DNA of 64,000 bases from Candidatus Poribacteria bacterium (GCA_965215265.1 OZ244048.1:3520001-3584000), one strand, 5' to 3'; shown: positions 21,678 to 32,954, counted from the stretch's first letter. Numbers and translations are program-made. The notes: generated by a model not told the origin, from the letters alone.

Positions 21678-22571
21678 TTAGTTTTCAGTATTTAGATTTC
21701 CGGTTCGGAATGCGCCTGCGAGTGCGCGTGGTACATTGGCTTCGGCTTCAACGACTCCGGCACGTTTTTCTTGAACGCTGGCGGTCATTTCTTGTTTTCG
21801 TGCAACTGCCATAGCACGGCGTTCTTCTGCTTTAGCTTGTGCTACGACGAGGTCTGCTTCGGCTTGTTCGGCTTGCAATTCGGCACCGATATTTTTTCCG
21901 ACGTTGACATCGGCGATATCAATAGAGAGGATTTCAAAAGCAGTGCCTGCATCGAGTCCGCGATCCAGCACGGTTTTAGAGATAATGTCCGGGTTTTCCA
22001 GCACATCTTCGTATGTTTCAGATGCACCGATTGCACTAATAATACCTTCCCCGACGCGTGCGATGATCGTTTCTTCCCCTGCACCGCCGACGAGGCGGTT
22101 AATATTTGTGCGCACGGTAATCCGGACAGTGGTGATTAATTCGACACCATCTAATGCGAGCGCGCTGATGCGTGGCGTTGTAATGACACGTGGGTTAACG
22201 CTCACCTGTACAGCTTCAAAGACATCTCGCCCAGCTAAATCGATTGCAGATGAGCGTTGGAAGCTGAGCTCAATTCGTGCTTTATCAGCGGCAATGAGAG
22301 CACTGACAACGTTAAGTACGTTCCCGCCGGCGAGATAGTGTGCTTCTAATTCAGCAGTTGCGACTTTCAATCCAGCCTTGTGGGCACTGATGAGCCCTTT
22401 GACAATGATGTTGGGATCGACCCTGCGGAGGCGCATTCCAATCAGGTCTAAAATTCGGAGAGGGACCCCCGCGGCGATAGCGGCAATCCAGAGTCCGACT
22501 GGGACGAACCAAAAGAAAGCGATTAGAACAATTAAAATCGCGAGAGCAATAATACCTGTAAAGGCATCCAT
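21678..22571 (-). CDS. floA: Flotillin-like protein FloA/YqfA, paralog 1
   Basis: Same motifs as paralog 2; shorter C-terminus. Confidence 0.9.
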   Translation of the reverse strand: MDAFTGIIALAILIVLIAFFWFVPVGLWIAAIAAGVPLRILDLIGMRLRRVDPNIIVKGLISAHKAGLKVATAELEAHYLAGGNVLNVVSALIAADKARIELSFQRSSAIDLAGRDVFEAVQVSVNPRVITTPRISALALDGVELITTVRITVRTNINRLVGGAGEETIIARVGEGIISAIGASETYEDVLENPDIISKTVLDRGLDAGTAFEILSIDIADVNVGKNIGAELQAEQAEADLVVAQAKAEERRAMAVARKQEMTASVQEKRAGVVEAEANVPRALAGAFRTGNLNTEN

Positions 22572-22650
22572 AAGTTCCTTCCTTCTTCAAATGTTGTGAT
22601 GAGTCCTCGGCTAGCCTTTATGAGTGTGGCTTGCGAGGCTATATTGCGAG

Positions 22651-23130
22651 TTACAAACTTCGAACGACGACACGATTTCCTTCAACCAAAATGACTTCGA
22701 CCTCTGCTTCTGCTTCAATAAATTCACCGCGTGTGACGATATCGATGCGGTGGCCATTGATGATGGCAATGCCGGCTGGACGTAATGGCGTGACGGTCTT
22801 CCCAGATTTGCCAACCAGAGTTGTTAGTTCTTGGGGCATCGCTTGGAATCCTGCTTCGCTCCTTTGGGTAGTTCTGAGGATAAAAGCGTCGCCGACACGG
22901 GTGTCACGAATCATTGATAGGCCGATAATAGCAATAGGTATAACAAAAACGAGCACGACACTTCCATAGATAAGTGCTATGTAAAAACCGAGTTTCCACC
23001 AGATAATACCTAGCCCGGTTAGAAGCAGCACGATTCCGGGGGCACCAGCGGCTCCGAACCCCGGTAGAATTAGGATTTCAATGAACACCAATAGCACGCC
23101 AAGTACTATGAGAACAGTTGGAAACCACAT
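22651..23130 (-). CDS. Short NfeD family protein
   Basis: EILILPGFG TM region and TPLRPAG OB-fold. Confidence 0.85.
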   Translation of the reverse strand: MWFPTVLIVLGVLLVFIEILILPGFGAAGAPGIVLLLTGLGIIWWKLGFYIALIYGSVVLVFVIPIAIIGLSMIRDTRVGDAFILRTTQRSEAGFQAMPQELTTLVGKSGKTVTPLRPAGIAIINGHRIDIVTRGEFIEAEAEVEVILVEGNRVVVRSL

Positions 23131-23193
23131 AACTCTTCTCCCAAATTTCCGACAAAGTCGGATTGGACTGTTGTTTCGCCCGTAATTATTGCA

Positions 23194-24726
23194 TTAATCC
23201 TCGATGGCCTCTACAAAAATCTTAGAACCTTCAACTTCTAGAACTTTAATAGTGGTGTTGCTTGCAATAAAATCGCCCTCAGTGATGACATCGACGCGTT
23301 TGTTATTAATGCGGGCAGTGCCTGCTGGCCGGAGCGGTGTCAAGGCGATACCAGTTTCTCCAAGGTAGTTCTGAAAATCTTCAGAGCCTGCGGAATGGTA
23401 GCCCATATTAGTGTCCATCACTATAGGGAGCGCAAACCGCTGAAAGCTTTCTGTCTTAGGTAGCATCCATACGGCGAGGATTGCTAAGGTGCAGGTTAAA
23501 ATGACAGAAATGGAGAGCCATTGGACAGCGGTGCCGAGCTCGTATGCTCCTTTAAATACGAAAAACACACTGCCAATCATGAGTGTGATACCGAGTATCC
23601 CGGAGACCCCGAACCCGGGTATGACGAACACTTCCAAGACGATTAAAGCCAGCCCGAGGACAAAAGCGAGTGCTGCCCATTCTGCTTCAAGTTGATTGAG
23701 CATGTGTCCTCCAAAAAACAGCCCGATGCACAAGAGCCCAAGGAAACCGGGGATGCCGAATCCCGGTGTCCGAATTTCGATAAAGATGCCCAATACACCT
23801 AACGAAAGGAGGAGTGAACTGATGATGGGGCTGGTAAGAAAAAAGACTATACGATCTGCGAGGGTTACAGCGAACGCTTGGACAGTGGCATCCGCCAATG
23901 ATTTAATGCGCGTAACTTGGTTTACGCCTAATTCACTCTGTTTCTGTAGGATTTTCTCTTCCAATAAAGCCATTTTGATTCCGTCAATTTCAACAATCTG
24001 ATATTGGGCTAAAAGTGCCGTCAAGTTTTCAGCGCGAGCGTCAACGAATTCGTATTCAAGTGCTTGTTGGGTTGTCATAGTGAGCAATTTCCCTTGTGCA
24101 CAAAGAATTTCCATTTGTTCTCCGGCTTCTTCTTGAACGATGTATTCTTCGGGTAGGAGTTTAACGATCTGTCCATCAGGGTATCTGACGAGAACGAGTT
24201 CTTTGTCAACCATCGCTTCGGCAATATCGGGGTTTCTGTTTTGACGTTCGGCAGTAGCTCGGATGGTAGCTCGGATGTAAGAAATGGCTTTTTCGCCAGC
24301 TTCATTTCCTTGAATGTCGACGGGTGCGGAATCCCCGATGGTTCCGCCGGATGTCATGGCGATCTGTGTACATGCAGCGGATATCATGGCCCCAGCAGAG
24401 ATGGCTTGTCGATTGACAAACGCGATGGTAGGGATGTCTGTTTCCTGAATGGAGCGAATAATTTGAACGGCCGAGTCAACGCGGCCACCAGGGGTATCCA
24501 CATCAAAAACGATTGCATCGGCTTTGGCATTTTCAGCATTCTCAATACCTTGGCTGATATAAGAGCTGACACCACTTCCAATTTCGGTCCGGATGTCAAT
24601 GACGTACACCAATGCGTCATCTTGTGCAGTTGCATTCAGGATTATGAAAAGGCTTGCAATTAGAATAGAGACGTGGTAGAGTCTTGCCTTCCTTGCGGGC
24701 GGGTCTGAAAATATAGCGCGTTTCAT
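23194..24726 (-). CDS. Long NfeD protein with ClpP-like protease domain (YqeZ-like)
   Basis: DTPGG, AISAGA, IGDSAP, AEAMVD; TM region; TPLRPAG. Confidence 0.88.
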   Translation of the reverse strand: MKRAIFSDPPARKARLYHVSILIASLFIILNATAQDDALVYVIDIRTEIGSGVSSYISQGIENAENAKADAIVFDVDTPGGRVDSAVQIIRSIQETDIPTIAFVNRQAISAGAMISAACTQIAMTSGGTIGDSAPVDIQGNEAGEKAISYIRATIRATAERQNRNPDIAEAMVDKELVLVRYPDGQIVKLLPEEYIVQEEAGEQMEILCAQGKLLTMTTQQALEYEFVDARAENLTALLAQYQIVEIDGIKMALLEEKILQKQSELGVNQVTRIKSLADATVQAFAVTLADRIVFFLTSPIISSLLLSLGVLGIFIEIRTPGFGIPGFLGLLCIGLFFGGHMLNQLEAEWAALAFVLGLALIVLEVFVIPGFGVSGILGITLMIGSVFFVFKGAYELGTAVQWLSISVILTCTLAILAVWMLPKTESFQRFALPIVMDTNMGYHSAGSEDFQNYLGETGIALTPLRPAGTARINNKRVDVITEGDFIASNTTIKVLEVEGSKIFVEAIED

Positions 24727-24926
24727 GACAAATGCTCCTTTTTAGCACTGCTGCGGCAGGCAGCATATCCGATTCAAGTCTTTTTAAGGTAGAAAGTATC
24801 TTAATTATTATATACCGAGGTAGCCCTGTGTGTCAAGCCAATTTCGCTTTTTACAAGGAGAATTCTGTTTTTCGTTTACAACTATTAAAGAATCTAAAAA
24901 AACGCAATAGTTCTATTTTGGGAGCA

Positions 24927-25496
24927 TCATTTTTGCTCGGTATTGAATTCGGCTTTAATCCATGCATGAAGCACATGGTTTAAAATGAGATGTACATCTT
25001 CAACCGGTCCGTACTCGTTGCTATCGACAACAACAGAGACATCACAGATTTCGGATAATTTTCCACCGCCGAACCCACACCATCCGACTGTTTTGCATCC
25101 GATTTCAGTGGCGTACTGCATGGCACGGAGGACATTTTCAGAATTACCACTTGCGCTGATACCGAGAACCAGATCACCAGGGCTGACAAGGTTTTTGAGT
25201 TGTTCAAGAAAAACATCTTCGTAAGAGACATCGTTCGACCATGCTGTGATGGTTGCCACGTTATCGGTTAAGCTGATAACCCGGAAACGTGGTTTTCCAG
25301 GTGTGCTGGTGCCTTTGCCTAAGTCACAAGCGATGTGTGAGGCGGTTGATGCACTGCCGCCATTCCCGATGACAAAAATCTGCTTTTCGTGGTAATAGGC
25401 ATCCATAATGGCATCGATGGAGCGGCGTACTTCTGTCAAAGGTAAACGTGCCAAGGTGTCTTGTAGGTGTGAAATATAGTGTTGAATTCTTTCCAA
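24927..25496 (-). CDS. SIS-domain phosphoheptose isomerase (GmhA-like)
   Basis: GNGGSA, SND, ISASGNS, EDVH. Confidence 0.85.
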   Translation of the reverse strand: MERIQHYISHLQDTLARLPLTEVRRSIDAIMDAYYHEKQIFVIGNGGSASTASHIACDLGKGTSTPGKPRFRVISLTDNVATITAWSNDVSYEDVFLEQLKNLVSPGDLVLGISASGNSENVLRAMQYATEIGCKTVGWCGFGGGKLSEICDVSVVVDSNEYGPVEDVHLILNHVLHAWIKAEFNTEQK

Positions 25497-25516
25497 AACA
25501 GGTATTCTCCTTTTTC

Positions 25517-26470
25517 CTATACGACTAAAGCAACGGCGGCGAGATCTCCTAAATTTTCGCCGAGCTGCGCAGGCTGAATTTTAACGATTTCTGCGGGGCG
25601 TGTCATTGCCATCTGCCTCACCGTTTTCCGCAGTGGCTGAAGCAACAAATCGCCGGCGGCGATAGCAATTGTGCCAATTAAAATGATGTCAGGATTCAAA
25701 ATGTTAACCAGATTTGCGATGCCCCATCCCATGTAATAAGCGGTTTCTTGAACCAATTGCAGTGCCACGGCATCACCTGTCTGTGCTGCTTCAAACACAT
25801 GTTCTGATTTAATAGCGTCAATGTTGCCATCAACGAGGGTTAGGAGCGTAGTGTGTGGATGAGTTTGTAATGCTTTTTTCGCTCTTCGTGCAATTGCAGG
25901 TCCGGAGCAGAGCGCCTCAAGACATCCGCGCTTACCGCATCCACAAGGCGGTCCACCTGGGAGCAGTATCTGATGTCCGACTTCGCCTGCACTGTCATTA
26001 GCCCCGTGATAGATTTTTCCATTAAGCACCAGTCCACCGCCGATGCCGGTGCTCATGGTGATATAAAGTAAATTTTGGTAGCCGCGCCCACCGCCGAATC
26101 GCCATTCGGCGAGAGCAGATGCATTGGCATCGTTTTCAATAGTTACCGGCATTTCGAATTCTGCGACAAGGACATCTTTGAGTGGGAGAGCATCCCATCC
26201 CGGCAGATTTGGTGGCGAATAGACAATGCCGGTATTGGTGTCCACTGGTCCGCCGCAGCTGACACCGATTGCTGATATTTCTTGGCGTTTCAATCCAGCG
26301 GCAGCAATAGTTTCATTCACCATGTCCAAAAGGAGCTGAATGGCGTAATCAGGACCTTTTTCAGCGTGCGTGAGTCTGCGTGTCTTGTAGAGAATATTTG
26401 CGTTCTCATCAGCCACAACGGTTGCAAGTTTCGTGCCGCCAATGTCAATGCCAACAACGTGTCTGTTCAT
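25517..26470 (-). CDS. ROK family sugar kinase
   Basis: DIGGTK, ENDAN, TGIGGG, GEVGH, CGCGKRGCLE. Confidence 0.92.
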   Translation of the reverse strand: MNRHVVGIDIGGTKLATVVADENANILYKTRRLTHAEKGPDYAIQLLLDMVNETIAAAGLKRQEISAIGVSCGGPVDTNTGIVYSPPNLPGWDALPLKDVLVAEFEMPVTIENDANASALAEWRFGGGRGYQNLLYITMSTGIGGGLVLNGKIYHGANDSAGEVGHQILLPGGPPCGCGKRGCLEALCSGPAIARRAKKALQTHPHTTLLTLVDGNIDAIKSEHVFEAAQTGDAVALQLVQETAYYMGWGIANLVNILNPDIILIGTIAIAAGDLLLQPLRKTVRQMAMTRPAEIVKIQPAQLGENLGDLAAVALVV

Positions 26471-26514
26471 ATTTTTCTATCATATCCAAAAGGCGTTGTC
26501 GTCTCGAGTCCGCC

Positions 26515-28023
26515 TTAACCAATTTTGTAATTAAGTGGACGTAGTGCCTGATAAATTTGGGCGTACGTTGATAGTTTTTCATCGTAATGCTGTGCGATAT
26601 CCGGGCGCGGGTAGTAAATCGCCCCCGGTGTAACCAATTGTTCAACAGCTTGGGCGACAGAATGGTATTTACCAATGGCAGTGCCGGATAAAATGGCGGT
26701 GCCGAGGCAAACACCTTCGGAGATGTCAAGTGCGACGACTTTTTTTCCAAACATATCCGCTTTAAGTTGCAACCATTTTTCAGATTTTGCGCCGCCGCCT
26801 ATAGCTCGAATTTCGTTTATGGCGACTCCTGCATCCTGTAACATAGCGAGATTCTGTTTTATTTCGTAACTAATACCTTCCAGAATCGCTTTGACAAATT
26901 CGCCTTTTGTAGTTGAAAGCGTTAATCCGACAAGTGCCCCTTTTGATTCTAGGTCTAAGTGGGGTGTTCCTGATCCGGTGAAATGCGGGAGTAGCATGGC
27001 GGTGGCGGGCGTGTTTGGCATCTCATCAAGTAGGATATCATAAACATCGCGTTGGGTTGCTTCCGCTTGCGCGATTTCTGCTTGCGCGAACGTATCCCGA
27101 AACCATCGCAGTACAACACCGCCACTGGAGACAAAACCTAGGGTTACGTATAAGCCATTCACCACATGCGGGTAACATGCAAAATTGCCATCTATCATCT
27201 GTTGATTGATAACAGGTTGCGTGAAGGCCGGGGCAATACACTCAACGGTGCCGGTTGCATCCATTACTTCGCCGCTGCGAATGATGCCTGCCCCTAACGC
27301 GCCACACGGCTGATCGTGTCCCCCAGTCACACCGACTACGTCGTGGGGCAGGCCGAGTTCGTCGGCGACCTGTGAAGAAAGTTTTCCGATGATAGTTCCG
27401 GAGGGTGCAGTCTCTGGGAAGAGGTCGGCATCAATGTTTCCCAGACTAAGCATTTTTTCGGACCAGGTTTTGTGAATAATATCAAAGGCCATGGTGCGAG
27501 CAGCGAGGGAATAGTCAACGACAGGTGGCAGGCCGAGTTTGAAATAGACGAAATCCTCAAACCCGAGGAATTTCCACACGTGCCGATAAATATCGGGTTG
27601 ATTCCGTTGCATCCAGATGAGTTTTGGCAGTGTGTGAATATCACTGAGTGGCATGCCGGTAATCTGCATCACTTCCAAAGGACTAACGTGTTGCTTTAGT
27701 TCTTCACAGATTCCGGATGTCCTATCGTCAAAAGTGGTAATTGCGTTTGATAAGATGTTCCCGTTAGAGGTAACCGGTGTCACGGCCTCGCCTTGTGACG
27801 CAACGCTGATGGCTTCAACCGGATCTGTTTGTGTTTGTGCCGCGACCTGTTGAATGCCAATTGCTATTTTATCCCAAACGACCTGGGCATTGAGCTCCGA
27901 CCGGCCGGGTTGTGGATGTATCAACGGGTATTCGCCATAAGCTTGTGCGAGAATCTCACCATCCTCGCGAAAGGCGATGACTTTGCATCCAGTTGTGCCG
28001 ACATCGATACCTAAAAGACTCAT
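26515..28023 (-). CDS. FGGY carbohydrate kinase (xylulokinase-like)
   Basis: GIDVGTT, GGHDQ, GGGAKS. Confidence 0.88.
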   Translation of the reverse strand: MSLLGIDVGTTGCKVIAFREDGEILAQAYGEYPLIHPQPGRSELNAQVVWDKIAIGIQQVAAQTQTDPVEAISVASQGEAVTPVTSNGNILSNAITTFDDRTSGICEELKQHVSPLEVMQITGMPLSDIHTLPKLIWMQRNQPDIYRHVWKFLGFEDFVYFKLGLPPVVDYSLAARTMAFDIIHKTWSEKMLSLGNIDADLFPETAPSGTIIGKLSSQVADELGLPHDVVGVTGGHDQPCGALGAGIIRSGEVMDATGTVECIAPAFTQPVINQQMIDGNFACYPHVVNGLYVTLGFVSSGGVVLRWFRDTFAQAEIAQAEATQRDVYDILLDEMPNTPATAMLLPHFTGSGTPHLDLESKGALVGLTLSTTKGEFVKAILEGISYEIKQNLAMLQDAGVAINEIRAIGGGAKSEKWLQLKADMFGKKVVALDISEGVCLGTAILSGTAIGKYHSVAQAVEQLVTPGAIYYPRPDIAQHYDEKLSTYAQIYQALRPLNYKIG

Positions 28024-28163
28024 TGTTTGTTTTCTCCTTGATACATGATGCTAAGATATTACAACAAATCACGTTTTAACGCAACAAACTTATAAATGCA
28101 GGTGGTTTTGAGGTTGGAGTAGAAAAAGTCGTATCGGAATCTGGAGATTTTTCAGAAACGGGG

Positions 28164-29024
28164 TTAGAGTATTTCACGTGTGAAGGTATAGACATGTCTT
28201 AGCCACGATGCGTAATAGATGCCATGCGCGTAACAGAAATAGAGAGTCTTTAAGATGACGATGCTGATGAGGCATGTGGCGAGCCCTGCAAGGATAATAA
28301 CATCCAACGTGCGGCATTTTGTGGTATGAAGAGAGGTGCGCGTTACAGCGGTGTCCGGGGAAAAGCCGCGGCTTTCTACGGATTCGCCCAAGTGAGTTGC
28401 CCGGCGGATGTTACTGGCTAAGATTGGACGGAAACTATTGAGGATACCCCGTGCAGTGGTTAAAAGATTGAGACGGAGGTAGCGGAAGCCGCGCAATCTC
28501 TGTGAACGGAGCACGATGGCGGTTTCATTAGCGATACCGGGGAGGAAATGAAGGGCAGTTGTTACCATGAATGCTAAAGGGGCAGGGACGCGGAGCTGCC
28601 CGAGTGCGATGAGCAGCTCACGTGGTGCGGTACTCCAGACGATGAAACAGCCGACGGTTAACGTGGTGTTAAAACGGATGGATTGGAGAATACCGTGGAA
28701 TAAACCTTCGCGGTAAAGCCGGATGCCTCCCGTCAGTTTCCCTAAAAATGGGAATTCTGGGGAAATGAAGGTAAGCAGCACGGTGCGCGGCGATTCGTTG
28801 TAGAAAATGCCTTGGCTGTAAACGATACCCCAGGTCGTAAAAAAGAGGATGCCGAATAGGAATTTCAATTGGCGGCGTGTCGGTTTTGAGACAGCGATGA
28901 GTGTTAAGCTAGCAAGGAAACCGGTGAGCAGTGCACTGGGGCTGTCGAGTATAATGACAACGCATCCTGTTATCGTCATGATGCCGATTTTTGTACGGGC
29001 ATCGAGCGTTGTTTTTTTGTGCAT
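28164..29024 (-). CDS. ECF transporter transmembrane T component
   Basis: SQRLRG and SVESRG conserved X-R-X motifs; multiple TM helices. Confidence 0.85.
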   Translation of the reverse strand: MHKKTTLDARTKIGIMTITGCVVIILDSPSALLTGFLASLTLIAVSKPTRRQLKFLFGILFFTTWGIVYSQGIFYNESPRTVLLTFISPEFPFLGKLTGGIRLYREGLFHGILQSIRFNTTLTVGCFIVWSTAPRELLIALGQLRVPAPLAFMVTTALHFLPGIANETAIVLRSQRLRGFRYLRLNLLTTARGILNSFRPILASNIRRATHLGESVESRGFSPDTAVTRTSLHTTKCRTLDVIILAGLATCLISIVILKTLYFCYAHGIYYASWLRHVYTFTREIL

Positions 29025-29187
29025 AGTGTTTTTTTTACCTCCTGTTGCATGCTATAACTGTGGGAATGGACTGCTGAGCACAATACCTAAAAGCCTCCGG
29101 TAGACGAGGTGCCAACCTCACCGGTCACAAGATTTAAATCATAGTAACTCTACTATAATCCCATAAGATGAGCGATAAGTCGTCCGC

Positions 29188-30756
29188 CTATAAATTCTGT
29201 AGTTTGTGATGTTCAGGGGTGCCGTCAAAAATTAATTGTCCTTTGTGTAGGCATAGTACCCGGTGTGCATATTTCAGAGTAAGTTCCGGATCGTGTGTTG
29301 TGAAGATTAGCGTTCTCTTATCTCGTTGGATGTGTTGGCAGAGCTCGTTCATTAATTGGTGGCTGTGCTGGGTGTCCTGCCCGGTTGTGGGTTCGTCAAG
29401 CAGCAAAAGGTCTGGCTGTAGTGCAGAAATTGCGGCGACGGCGACGCGTTGGCGTTGCCCGCGTGAGAGCGCGTATGGTGGTTCGTAGGCGAAAGTGTAT
29501 ATGTCAAATTGAGAGAGTGTGTCCTTGAGGCGGTGTTGGACAGTTTTGGGGTGTAATTTTAGGTTTTTGAGTCCAAATGCGACTTCATCGCCGACGGTTT
29601 CGGCTTGTAACAGGAGATCAGGATTCTGAAAGACAATGCCGACTTTCCCTACGAATTGGTGGAGTTTGTTAGTCTTTATAGTTTCGCCGTTCAGTAGAAT
29701 TTCACCGGCTGTTGGGCGTAGGAGTCCTGTGATGAGGTGGATTAACGTTGTCTTACCGGAGCCGTTTTCACCCATGATGGCGATAACTTCCGCGCGGTTG
29801 ACTTCGCAAGAGATTGACTTTAGCACCTCAGATTTAGCATTCGGGTAGGTGAAGGTGAGATTTTGGGTTTTGAGGATGGTTGCTTGCGTAGTGGACTTAA
29901 CGCCGCCATCCTCACTTGTCAAGCCGGAATGTACTTTAATCTTACTATGCTTCGTTGTCAGCGGGGGGCTCACGGCATCCGTGCTATCCTGCCTTATTAG
30001 AGGTGTGGATTGAGGTGGTTGTACACCTAGACGGCGGTATGGTTCTAGGTAGAGAAATGCCTTCCGTCTGGGTAGATTCAATGTGAGCGTCCCGTTGTGG
30101 AGGAGCCAGACACGGTTACATAGAGACGCGACTGCGGCGGTTCTGTGGGTTGCAAGGAGGACAGTGATTCCGCGTTGAAGGTTCAATTTTTTGACAATAT
30201 CGAGAATGTTTTTGGCAGCGCGAGGGTTAAGGTAGCTTGTAGGTTCGTCAAGGAGAAGTACCCTCGGTTGCATTGCGCAGAGGCATGCGAGAGCGACTCG
30301 CTGTTTTTCGCCGCTGGAAATTTCTGCGGTGCGCCGGTTACGGAATCCGGGTAAGCCGACCTGTTGCAGTGCTGCGTCGATGCGATGCGAAATTTGCGCA
30401 GGTGCGGTGCCGAGGTTTTCGAGTCCAAAGGCGATTTCATCTTCAACGTGCGTGCAAAATAGCTGCCGGTCGGGTTCTTGGAATAAGAGGCTGACGTGTC
30501 TGCAAGTTTGCACGAGGGGTTGTTCAGAGACGTTTTGTCCGTCTACCTGCACGTTGCCGGTGAGAGAGCCTGCGGATGCATGGGGTATTAATCCGTTGAT
30601 GGTTCGCAAGAGTGTGGATTTGCCTGAGCCAGTCGGTCCGGTGAGCAGCACGAAGTCTCCGGGCGCGACGGTGGCGGTGATGTTCCGGAGCGTGGGGCTG
30701 TCGCGGCTCGGGTAGGTAAAAGAGAGATTATCTAAGCGTATTTCTCCCATAGACAT
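29188..30756 (-). CDS. ECF transporter ATPase with two fused ABC domains
   Basis: Two Walker A (GPTGSGKS, GENGSGKT) and two LLDEPT motifs. Confidence 0.9.
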   Translation of the reverse strand: MSMGEIRLDNLSFTYPSRDSPTLRNITATVAPGDFVLLTGPTGSGKSTLLRTINGLIPHASAGSLTGNVQVDGQNVSEQPLVQTCRHVSLLFQEPDRQLFCTHVEDEIAFGLENLGTAPAQISHRIDAALQQVGLPGFRNRRTAEISSGEKQRVALACLCAMQPRVLLLDEPTSYLNPRAAKNILDIVKKLNLQRGITVLLATHRTAAVASLCNRVWLLHNGTLTLNLPRRKAFLYLEPYRRLGVQPPQSTPLIRQDSTDAVSPPLTTKHSKIKVHSGLTSEDGGVKSTTQATILKTQNLTFTYPNAKSEVLKSISCEVNRAEVIAIMGENGSGKTTLIHLITGLLRPTAGEILLNGETIKTNKLHQFVGKVGIVFQNPDLLLQAETVGDEVAFGLKNLKLHPKTVQHRLKDTLSQFDIYTFAYEPPYALSRGQRQRVAVAAISALQPDLLLLDEPTTGQDTQHSHQLMNELCQHIQRDKRTLIFTTHDPELTLKYAHRVLCLHKGQLIFDGTPEHHKLQNL

Positions 30757-30971
30757 GTTAAGATGCTGCCGCGTATCGTGCTCGCGAGCTCATTGCCGAC
30801 GCACGGAGAGTGTACTAAAGTGCCTAAAGTTGTTTGATGTCTGCGACCTGTCTGTTCGTAGTAGCGCGATTGATTGTGCGTCTCTATAAACAAACCGGCC
30901 GCGTGCGGCACACTAAGTGGGTGGACGGCTACAAACCTTTGCAGCGGATATCGCGAACTAGAGATGCATTG

Positions 30972-32954
30972 CTATTCTAATCCTTCGATGCGGACTGGTA
31001 CAGATCCGAAGAGCTGCTCCAAGTGTCGCGTAACGGCATCTTGGAATGCTGCGAAGGTGTCTTGGGCACCGTGCTTGAAATCGTCATGAAGCTGCGCGTG
31101 CTGGGCTCGGACTCTGTTGAAGAGGTTTTGCACGTAGTTCTGTACTTCATTGAGCCGGTCACTCTGTGCCTTGGCGAATTTGGCGATAGCGGTTTTGAAG
31201 GCATCCAGTTCGGCGGCGAGGTATTGCTTGAAGACGGAATTCTGGAATCCGGCTAATGCCTCGTATGCGGCGTACTTGAAATCTTCGTGAATTTTGTCGT
31301 ACTCTGCCTTCACCCGTTTAAAGAGTTGATGGGCGTACTGATTGATATCAGCGATGCGTTCGCCCTGGGTTGTTGCAAACTGCTCGACGCGTGCTTTAAA
31401 GGCATCCATCTCTTGGTTTAAGAGGTTTCTGAAATCGGCAACAGCGACGGTGTAGCGGGTTGTCTTCTCCAAGTGGTATCCCATGACAGCGAGGCGTACG
31501 GCTTCAGGGAACATGCTTCGGTGATTCTTGAGGACTTTGACGAGATATCGGAAGTATGCTGGCCCCTGTTTAGAAAAGAGCTGCCGTTGCATTGATCGGA
31601 AGAAAGCGAAGAGTTCTTCGGTGCCGACGCTCCTGACGTTGTGGCCTGTGGGGCGCATGTGCTGTAAAAGCGTTAAGCAGCGTTCAAAATAGTTTTCCAA
31701 TTTGGAATCGTAAAGGGTTGAGACGACGCGGCGGTATTCTGCCATGAGTTTGTCACGTGGCATTTCTGGTATGAAATTGAGGCTCATATCGGTATTGTTG
31801 CCGCTGGATTCCTCTAAGAGTCGATTTTCGCGCTTTAATCGGTACCAGAGATCAGTCTCCTTTAAGGCAGTGAGGAGTCCTGCCATTGCCATAGGAATGC
31901 CTGCATCCTGAATAAATTTGATGTGCGAATCGAATTCGGTGTCTCCATCTAATCCGACAATAAAGCCGCCTGTGACTTCTAGGCCTTTGTTCTGTATCTT
32001 TCTGACGGCATTGAGTAAGTAGCTACCGGCATCTTCGTCCTTGCTAGTATTCTGCCCCTTGGAGGTGCTGAGTAACGCGGTTTCGTTTGGGCTTTCGATG
32101 CCGAGGAATACCATGTTGAACCCTGCATCGCTCATTGCGTCGAGCATTTCTGGTATTTCTACGAGGTTGACGCTGGCTTCGGTGTAAAGTGCGAAAGGGT
32201 ACTGGCGTTTTTCTTGCCATTCTTGGACGGCAGGTAGGAGCCGCATGGCATCGCGCTTATTCCCTATGAAGTTATCGTCAACGACGAACATGGCACCGGA
32301 CCAGCCGAGCTGGTATAGCATCTCAAATTCAGCCAGCATCTGCTCATTGGTTTTCGTGCGCGGAACTCTGCCGAAGAGTTTAGTGATGTCACAGAATTCA
32401 CAGTTGAAGGGGCATCCGCGTGAAAATTGGAGTGCCATAGAACCATAGGCGTTGATATTAATCAGATCGTAGCGTGGTAAGGGTGCAATAGTAATAGATG
32501 GCTTGCGTTTTTCGGGGTAAACGTCTTTAGCATTCCCGCTCTCGAAATCGGTTAAGAATTCTTCAAAGGTCTCCTCGACTTCCCCGAAAAGAAAGTGATC
32601 TACGGTTCCGTTGCACTCTTCTCGAATGTTATCATGGTAAGAGGTCGGGTGTGGTCCGCCTGCGATGATCGGAATTCCGGCACGGTTGCATCGCTGCACG
32701 ACCCCGTAGAAGGAGTCTTTCTGAACGATCATGGTTGAGGTAAGCACAACATCTGCCCACTCAAGGTGCGTGTCGGTGAGCGGTTCTATGTTCATATCAA
32801 CGACTTTGAGCCGGTAGTTGTTGGGGAACATGCCGGCGATAGTTAATAAGCCGAGGGGTGGCATTGAGGATTTCTTTCCCAAAAATTCTAAGGCGTATTT
32901 AAAGCCCCAATATGATGGTGGGAACTTCGGATAAACAAATAGGGCATTTGGCAT
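30972..32954 (-). CDS. B12-binding radical SAM protein (DUF4070-type) with duplicated C-terminal helical domain
   Basis: PPLGL, GGP, RGCPFNCEFC (CxxxCxxC), VDDNF. Confidence 0.88.
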   Translation of the reverse strand: MPNALFVYPKFPPSYWGFKYALEFLGKKSSMPPLGLLTIAGMFPNNYRLKVVDMNIEPLTDTHLEWADVVLTSTMIVQKDSFYGVVQRCNRAGIPIIAGGPHPTSYHDNIREECNGTVDHFLFGEVEETFEEFLTDFESGNAKDVYPEKRKPSITIAPLPRYDLININAYGSMALQFSRGCPFNCEFCDITKLFGRVPRTKTNEQMLAEFEMLYQLGWSGAMFVVDDNFIGNKRDAMRLLPAVQEWQEKRQYPFALYTEASVNLVEIPEMLDAMSDAGFNMVFLGIESPNETALLSTSKGQNTSKDEDAGSYLLNAVRKIQNKGLEVTGGFIVGLDGDTEFDSHIKFIQDAGIPMAMAGLLTALKETDLWYRLKRENRLLEESSGNNTDMSLNFIPEMPRDKLMAEYRRVVSTLYDSKLENYFERCLTLLQHMRPTGHNVRSVGTEELFAFFRSMQRQLFSKQGPAYFRYLVKVLKNHRSMFPEAVRLAVMGYHLEKTTRYTVAVADFRNLLNQEMDAFKARVEQFATTQGERIADINQYAHQLFKRVKAEYDKIHEDFKYAAYEALAGFQNSVFKQYLAAELDAFKTAIAKFAKAQSDRLNEVQNYVQNLFNRVRAQHAQLHDDFKHGAQDTFAAFQDAVTRHLEQLFGSVPVRIEGLE

